DNA of 64,000 bases from a virus. The translations under genes were made by a program, and so were the position numbers. Numbering within the stretch: the stretch's first letter is position 1; every line of letters starts with the position of its first letter. Positions 58,180-64,000 of the stretch are shown here, one piece after another. The notes under the pieces were generated by a model. It saw nothing but the letters and a program-made list of their open reading frames with translations, was not told the origin of the DNA and did not search any database. Location of the stretch: IMG/VR virus record IMGVR_UViG_3300020056_000007; one strand, given 5' to 3'.

Positions 58180-58407
58180 ATGAAGGAGAAAAATATGTAC
58201 ACAATCACCACAGATTTACCTTATACAACATCTAAATCTGATATCGAACTATTCGCTAAAACCCACGGTTGCACCATTTCAAATTTTACATTTAATGGAC
58301 CAGCCGGTGGAAACCATTTAGTTACATTCCAATCTAATAATTATGACCATATTCAGGAATTAACTGAACAACTCTCATTACCACTTGAAAGAATTACGGA
58401 AATTTAA
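58180..58407 (+). CDS. Early hypothetical protein
   Basis: After the promoter; AAGGAG RBS before the internal ATG. Confidence 0.6.
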   Translation: MKEKNMYTITTDLPYTTSKSDIELFAKTHGCTISNFTFNGPAGGNHLVTFQSNNYDHIQELTEQLSLPLERITEI

Positions 58408-58409
58408 TT

Positions 58410-59249
58410 ATGATTATTATGGATTTTAATGGAATTGCCTTTGGCTCTATAATGGCTAATGGTAAAAATGAAGAACCAATGATTCGTCATATGGTATTCA
58501 ATACTATTCGAATGTATAAGACTAAATTTGAAAAAGAATACGGCGATGTTGTAATTGCTTGTGATGGAGCTAACAATTGGCGTAGAGGTGCATACCCTCA
58601 ATATAAAGCCAACCGTAGAAAAAATCGTGAAGCATCAACTCACGATTGGGATGAATCATTCCGCATCTTAAACGATTTACGCACAGACCTTATGGAAAAC
58701 TTTCCATATAAAGTTATTCATATTGAAGGTTGTGAAGCCGATGACATCATCGGTTGCTTAGTAGAAAGATCTCAAGATTTTGGCAATATGGAAGACATTA
58801 TGATTGTCTCTGCCGATAAAGATTTTGTTCAGCTACAAACATACGGCAATGTCCGTCAATTTTCTCCTCTTACCAAAAAGTTTGTAGCTGAACAAAACCC
58901 ACATTTATATCGTCAAACCCACATCTTTAAAGGTGATGCTGGAGACGGTATACCCAATGTATTGAGTGGTGACAATACATTTGTAGAGGGTTTACGTCAA
59001 ACACCTATGTCTAAGAAAAAAATGACTATGTTAATTGATAACCCTCATTCGCTAGGTGATGAGGTTTATCGCAATATTCAACGTAATGAAAAATTAATTG
59101 ATTTGCGAAATACTCCTAATCATCTAAAACAAGAAATTATAAATAACTATGAAAGCCAAGATCCTTGGGAAAACAAAGGTAAAGTGTTCCCATATATGGT
59201 GAGTAAACAAATGAATATGTTGATTGAAAGTGTTGAGGAATTTTTATGA
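58410..59249 (+). CDS. rnh: T4-type RNase H / 5'-3' exonuclease
   Basis: WRR, YKANR, EADD, SADKDF, GDAGDGIPN. Confidence 0.92.
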   Translation: MIIMDFNGIAFGSIMANGKNEEPMIRHMVFNTIRMYKTKFEKEYGDVVIACDGANNWRRGAYPQYKANRRKNREASTHDWDESFRILNDLRTDLMENFPYKVIHIEGCEADDIIGCLVERSQDFGNMEDIMIVSADKDFVQLQTYGNVRQFSPLTKKFVAEQNPHLYRQTHIFKGDAGDGIPNVLSGDNTFVEGLRQTPMSKKKMTMLIDNPHSLGDEVYRNIQRNEKLIDLRNTPNHLKQEIINNYESQDPWENKGKVFPYMVSKQMNMLIESVEEFL

Positions 59250-59668
59250 CATTATTAGTATATGAAGTTTTGGAAAAAGCTGGTAAAGCTAGAAAAAAGT
59301 CAGAAAAGATTGAAATTCTACAAAAGAATGCATCTTGGGCTTTAAAGGATATTTTACGCGGAACATTTGATGAAAGAATAAAGTGGAATCTTCCAACAGG
59401 TTCCCCGCCATATAGACCAAATGATGGCCACAATGCACCCGCCAATCTTCTCAGAGAAAATACAAAATTTAAATATTTCGTAAAAGGTGGTTTAGGCGAT
59501 AAAATGCTTAAACCTAAGCGCGAAAATATTTTTATTGGTTTGATAGAAGGCATCCATCCAGAAGATGCCAAATTGGTTATTGCTATGATTAACAAACAAA
59601 AGCCTTATGGTCTTACTAAAAAAATCGTTGATGAGGCATTTCCAGATTTAAAATTAGGAGGATCATGA
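59246..59668 (+). CDS. Hypothetical protein downstream of rnh
   Basis: LP.G.PPY, KRE.IF...EG.HP.DA. Confidence 0.65.
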   Translation: MTLLVYEVLEKAGKARKKSEKIEILQKNASWALKDILRGTFDERIKWNLPTGSPPYRPNDGHNAPANLLRENTKFKYFVKGGLGDKMLKPKRENIFIGLIEGIHPEDAKLVIAMINKQKPYGLTKKIVDEAFPDLKLGGS

Positions 59669-59689
59669 GCCAACAGGAGAAAAAAATAC

Positions 59690-59851
59690 ATGCAACAAGC
59701 TCTGCTCGAAAGACTAAAACAAGACGATTTAGAATTAGAAGTTTATGCTAAAAAGCTCGAAAAAAAAGGTAATTTTGATAGAATGAGGCTTATTTTAGAA
59801 AAACAACTTTATCTTAAAGATCGTATAGCAGAGGTATCTTTTTCCACGTAA
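59690..59851 (+). CDS. 53-aa hypothetical protein (not in ORF track)
   Basis: AGGAG RBS, ATG 59690 to TAA 59851. Confidence 0.5.
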   Translation: MQQALLERLKQDDLELEVYAKKLEKKGNFDRMRLILEKQLYLKDRIAEVSFST

Positions 59852-59864
59852 CTAAAAAAAGGAG

Positions 59865-59910
59865 TTTACAATTCCGGCTAACTGTGGTATAATATATCAT
59901 GTTAGCCGGA
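59865..59910 (+). promoter_or_regulatory. Early-type promoter with a 10-bp inverted repeat around the -10
   Basis: TTTACA-17-TATAAT; tccggctaac/gttagccgga. Confidence 0.7.
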
Positions 59911-59920
59911 GTTTTATATT

Positions 59921-60487
59921 ATGAATATTTTTATCTTACATGACAATCCAATCAAAGCTGCTCAACTTCAATGTGATAAGCATGTCGTAAAAATGATTGT
60001 TGAATCTGCTCAAATGTTATCCACTGCTCATCGTATGCTCGATGGCTATATGGAAAAACGTCCATCTAAATCTGGTAAGCGTATGGTTAACTATTGGGTT
60101 CATCCAAATAAAAATCTAGAAAATACGTTATACAAAGCTGTACATCATGGTCACCCATGTACCAAATGGACTATGGAATCTTTACAAAATTATATCTGGC
60201 ACTATGAACATTTCTATGCTTTATGTGTCGAATATACCTACCGTTATGGTAAAACCCATAGCACAGAAACTTTACTCGGTGAAGTGCTATCTATCCCTCC
60301 AAAGAATATAGATAATAAAGGTTTAACTAAATTTGCTCTTGCAATGAAAAATGAACCACAATGTATTCATGAGGCTGATCCAGTACGATCTTATCATGAA
60401 TACTATCATACTAAACAAGACCGCATGCCAATGATTTGGACCAAGCGGCCAACTCCGGAGTGGTGGAATGCCAACGTATACTGTTAA
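59921..60487 (+). CDS. Pyrimidine-dimer DNA glycosylase-like protein
   Basis: MNIF, DKHVVKMIVESAQMLS, HPCTKW, EYTYRYGKTH. Confidence 0.75.
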   Translation: MNIFILHDNPIKAAQLQCDKHVVKMIVESAQMLSTAHRMLDGYMEKRPSKSGKRMVNYWVHPNKNLENTLYKAVHHGHPCTKWTMESLQNYIWHYEHFYALCVEYTYRYGKTHSTETLLGEVLSIPPKNIDNKGLTKFALAMKNEPQCIHEADPVRSYHEYYHTKQDRMPMIWTKRPTPEWWNANVYC

Positions 60488-60704
60488 AAAAGCTGATTCA
60501 GATAGTGATCATACATGGGAAGTCTTTTGCTCACATAAAGAATTAGTAGATATGTGTGATGAATATGGGTTACAACAAGTATTATCTGCACCAAAAATTG
60601 TAAGTGGGGTTGGTAGTGTACTTAGTAAAACCGATAATGGTTGGAAAGATCATTTAAAAAATATTAAGCAAAATTCTGGAAAAGGCAATACTATTAAAGT
60701 ATGA
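60468..60704 (+). CDS. FmdB-like small protein
   Basis: MPTYT start; APKIVSG...GWKDHL; upstream of phoH. Confidence 0.5.
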   Translation: MPTYTVKKADSDSDHTWEVFCSHKELVDMCDEYGLQQVLSAPKIVSGVGSVLSKTDNGWKDHLKNIKQNSGKGNTIKV

Positions 60705-61399
60705 CTAAAAAAAATAATTCAATGGTTGTAAGGGCGGATGATCTATATACATATGAGCCCTTAACTCCTAATCAAAAGAAAGCCTTTGATGCTTGGGATG
60801 AAGGAGATAATTTAGTTTTATCAGGATCAGCCGGAACTGGTAAAACGTTTATGGCAATGTATTTAGGAATGGAGAGTGTTCTTGATAGACAAGAATCACA
60901 AAACAAATTAATAATAATTAGATCTATGGTTCCTACTAGGGAAATTGGTTTCTTACCTGGATCTAAAGAAGAAAAAGAAGCCGCATATATTTCTCCATAT
61001 CGATTAATTTGCGATGAGCTTTTTAATGAGAAGAATGCTTATGGTAAATTAACCAGCTATAAACAATTGGAGTTTCATTCAACTTCTCATATAAGGGGCA
61101 TCACAATTGATGATGCTGTGGTGATTATAGATGAAATGCAAAATCTTACATTTCATGAACTCGATTCTGTCATCACACGAATCGGAAGGAACTGTAGAGT
61201 CATATTTTCTGGAGACTATCTTCAAACCGATTTTAAACGAGATGATGATAGAAGCGGGTTGTTTAAATTCATGGCCATTGTTGAGCGTTTAAAAGATTTT
61301 ACAATGGTAGATTTCAATTGGGAAGATATTGTCAGATCTGATTTTGTAAGAGATTATATTATGACAAAAGAAATGCTTGGAATATCAAACGATGGTTGA
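60701..61399 (+). CDS. phoH: PhoH-like ATPase
   Basis: GSAGTGKT, IGFLPG, RGIT, DEMQN, GD..QTD, DIVRS. Confidence 0.92.
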   Translation: MTKKNNSMVVRADDLYTYEPLTPNQKKAFDAWDEGDNLVLSGSAGTGKTFMAMYLGMESVLDRQESQNKLIIIRSMVPTREIGFLPGSKEEKEAAYISPYRLICDELFNEKNAYGKLTSYKQLEFHSTSHIRGITIDDAVVIIDEMQNLTFHELDSVITRIGRNCRVIFSGDYLQTDFKRDDDRSGLFKFMAIVERLKDFTMVDFNWEDIVRSDFVRDYIMTKEMLGISNDG

Positions 61400-61985
61400 A
61401 GTTAGAGCAAAAGCAGAATTTCCTGGATTTAAAATGGAAATTAAAACTCATGAATTTTATTTGCGTGAAGATTTAATTGATGATATTAGAAATTATGTTA
61501 TAGGTGTTAATTGGGATGAATGGGATAGCTATAATTTATTTGATAATCCAGAAAATTGTATTAAAAAATTAGCTGAAGTTTTACATAATGAAGTTTCTCA
61601 ATTTAATCATTACGCAGAAAAAAGATACGATCTTTGGATTAATGGTTGGATAAATATTTTACATAAAAATGATAGTATAAAACCTCATTGGCATAGTGCT
61701 GAAAAACAATCTTACTATTCATGTAATATTTGCCTTGATAATTATGAAAGCAAAACTATTTTTTATCCTCCCTGGGGAGATCGTAATGGCCATATTATAG
61801 AACAAAAAAATACAAAAGGCGCAGGAATGTTTTTCCCTCCATGGCTATGGCATGAAGTTCCACCGATTAGTGATCCAATTAGATATACCATAGGATTAGA
61901 CATCCATACTGATAAGTGTATGGAAAATCATGATAAAAATGCTCCAATAGCTAGAAGTAGAAGGCTACATGAAGTATATTCATAA
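61377..61985 (+). CDS. 2OG-Fe(II) oxygenase-like protein
   Basis: WIN, PHWH, FPPWLWHEV, RYTI. Confidence 0.7.
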   Translation: MEYQTMVEVRAKAEFPGFKMEIKTHEFYLREDLIDDIRNYVIGVNWDEWDSYNLFDNPENCIKKLAEVLHNEVSQFNHYAEKRYDLWINGWINILHKNDSIKPHWHSAEKQSYYSCNICLDNYESKTIFYPPWGDRNGHIIEQKNTKGAGMFFPPWLWHEVPPISDPIRYTIGLDIHTDKCMENHDKNAPIARSRRLHEVYS

Positions 61986-62802
61986 TTGGCAAGAAATTAT
62001 AGATTTAAATGAAACTAATTTACCATTAACAATTGGTGGCTATCCAAGAAGTGGTACAACTTTTTCTTATAGATCTTTATATAATTTTTTTAAAGATAAG
62101 ATGTTTCTGGAACAATATTTTAATACGGAATACCAATATAGACAAAGTACTAAAGAATTGTTTATTGATATTGCTGCTACAAAAGCTAAAAAAAGTGGTT
62201 TAACTGGTATAGAATCAATGAAACATAATAAGCCAATTAGTTCTTTGAAAAAATATAGATATTATCATTATTTAGAAAATTATGAAAACTGGGATAAAGC
62301 ATTTATTAAATCAATAACATTTGATTTGCATGATTTATTAGTAGAAGATCCAAAAGCTTATTATAATTTTTTGAAAAGTCATTGGTGGTTATATACAATT
62401 AGAAAAGATTGGTTTAACATGATCTTAAGTAATTTATATGGAGAGCATTTTAAGAAATTTCATTATTATGATGATGAACCATTAAAAACAGATCCGTTTG
62501 AACAAAACATAGACGATTTAAAATTTTATAAAAAACAATTTACAAATTTAATGCATATCATGAAAAATTCTAAAGGTTACTTAATGTATACAGAAGATAT
62601 TTCTCATCTAAATATTGAGCATCCATTAGTTCGTTTACCAAGGTATGATGAAAATAAATCTGAATTATTTAAATCTGTATTTTTAAATTATGATGAATTA
62701 TATGATTCAGCTTATAAAATGGCAAAAGAAGTAGAAAGTGAAACTAATGAATTTTTTAAATTTACTAAAAAAGAAGTGATAGTTAATGGAATTTATACAT
62801 GA
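61969..62802 (+). CDS. Sulfotransferase-like protein
   Basis: GGYPRSGTT; R.D.....LS. Confidence 0.6.
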   Translation: MKYIHNWQEIIDLNETNLPLTIGGYPRSGTTFSYRSLYNFFKDKMFLEQYFNTEYQYRQSTKELFIDIAATKAKKSGLTGIESMKHNKPISSLKKYRYYHYLENYENWDKAFIKSITFDLHDLLVEDPKAYYNFLKSHWWLYTIRKDWFNMILSNLYGEHFKKFHYYDDEPLKTDPFEQNIDDLKFYKKQFTNLMHIMKNSKGYLMYTEDISHLNIEHPLVRLPRYDENKSELFKSVFLNYDELYDSAYKMAKEVESETNEFFKFTKKEVIVNGIYT

Positions 62803-63451
62803 AAAAGTTGATCTTGGATATGATGACTTGGACGCTGAAACATTACCTAGTGGTAGAGTCTATCACACTCCTGACGGTGATTACCCTAGCGTCACTACGG
62901 TTCTCTCTATCTTAAGTGAAGAAGCCATTGCTAAATGGCGTAAACGAGTTGGAGAAGAAGAGGCAAACCGTGTTGGAGGTAGGGCTGCAGCTCGTGGTAC
63001 TCAGGTTCATGCAATAATAGAAAGGTATCTTAAAAATGAAGACACAACAGATTATCTCCCACATATTAGACAAAGCCTTGAAAACGTCAGGCCAATTCTT
63101 GATAGATCTATCGGAAAAATCTTTCACCTCGAAGCTCCTCTTTATAGTCGGCATCTTGGTCTTGCTGGTCGCGTTGATTGTGTAGCTGAATTTGATGGTG
63201 TTCCATCAATCGTTGATTTTAAGACTAGTAAACGAGTAAAGAAAAAAGAAAGCATTTCAAACTATTTTTGCCAAATGGCTGCTTATGCTATTATGTGGGA
63301 AGAAAGAACTGGAATGCCAATTGTCAATACCATAATTGTTATGGACGTTGACGATAATGAACCTCTTGTATTTAAAGAACACCGTGATAATTGGACAAAT
63401 ATGCTAACAGATACAATTAAAGAGTATAGAAGACGTAAATTATTTCACTAA
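62786..63451 (+). CDS. PD-(D/E)xK exonuclease (Cas4-like)
   Basis: YPSVTTVL, RGTQVH, AGRVD, IVDFKT, Q..AY. Confidence 0.85.
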   Translation: MEFIHEKVDLGYDDLDAETLPSGRVYHTPDGDYPSVTTVLSILSEEAIAKWRKRVGEEEANRVGGRAAARGTQVHAIIERYLKNEDTTDYLPHIRQSLENVRPILDRSIGKIFHLEAPLYSRHLGLAGRVDCVAEFDGVPSIVDFKTSKRVKKKESISNYFCQMAAYAIMWEERTGMPIVNTIIVMDVDDNEPLVFKEHRDNWTNMLTDTIKEYRRRKLFH

Positions 63452-63466
63452 AAGTGAAAAAAGTCC

Positions 63467-63495
63467 TTTACATTTCCTCAAAACTGTGGTAGAAT
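63467..63495 (+). promoter_or_regulatory. Early promoter (repeat family)
   Basis: TTTACAtttcctcaaaactgtggTAGAAT. Confidence 0.8.
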
Positions 63496-63523
63496 TAAAC
63501 ATGATTAAAAAAGAGGAAAAAAT

Positions 63524-64000
63524 ATGAATACAATTTATTTAGATATGGACGGGGTAATTGCTGATTTTTTCGGTGGCCTTGAAAAATTCTATGGTGTAGA
63601 CCATTGGAAAATGCTTAAAGATGAATCAATCTTAGGATTAAAAGGTACTGATTTTTTCAATATTTTAGAACCATTTGAAACATCAGGATCATTAATAGAT
63701 TATGTAAGAAATATTCCTGGATGGAATTATGGCATTTGCTCTTCTCCTTTAAGAGATGATCATTATAATTCAGGATACTGGAAAAGAGTATGGTTAACTG
63801 ATAGATCATGGTTACCTCAAATTGATAAATTAATCTTTACAACGAGAAAACATAGATATGCTGTAAATAGATTAGACGGCAGTCCTAATATTCTCATTGA
63901 TGATAAGCCTACAAACATTAAGGCTTGGAATGAAGCTGGTGGTATTGGTATTCGCTACCAAGCTAATGAAGATGATTTAGAAGAATACTTATATGTTAAA
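63524..64000 (+). CDS. HAD 5'(3')-deoxyribonucleotidase-like protein, truncated by the window end
   Basis: MNTIYLDMDGVIADF, SSP, ILIDD, W..AGG. Confidence 0.8.
   Translation, partial: MNTIYLDMDGVIADFFGGLEKFYGVDHWKMLKDESILGLKGTDFFNILEPFETSGSLIDYVRNIPGWNYGICSSPLRDDHYNSGYWKRVWLTDRSWLPQIDKLIFTTRKHRYAVNRLDGSPNILIDDKPTNIKAWNEAGGIGIRYQANEDDLEEYLYVK

Noticed and set aside
16944-63495. Dispersed ~35-70 bp repeats as a CRISPR array or mobile-element ends
   Set aside because: They are kilobases apart and match sigma70-type early promoters
1-64000. Alternative genetic code or stop-codon reassignment
   Set aside because: Core genes are full length under the standard code and coding density is high

Overview
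This is a 64-kb segment of an AT-rich T4-like myovirus genome. The host is probably a marine alphaproteobacterium, judged from a two-piece ANDN-tag tmRNA, DUF1127, DUF1289 and a SleB-type hydrolase. The T4 replication/recombination core is present: uvsW end, gp55, gp47/46, gp45/44/62, regA, gp43, uvsX, gp41 and rnh. Nucleotide metabolism genes include guaC, thyX, dCMP deaminase and a class II RNR. A probable hydroxymethylcytosine-glycosylation cluster carries sugar-nucleotide enzymes and an atypical C5 methyltransferase. The permuted tmRNA has an intervening segment that holds a complete small membrane-protein ORF. A ~7-kb convergent tailoring-enzyme island encodes a radical SAM enzyme, seven Fe/2OG-type oxygenases (one with a halogenase-like HxA motif), a sulfotransferase-like protein and a methyltransferase. 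A late block of probable capsid-packaged, protease-processed cargo proteins, lysis genes, and many T4-type early (GTTTACA-17-TAGAAT/TATAAT) and late (TATAAATA) promoters complete the window. All calls come from motif recognition and gene context by eye; no database searches were run.
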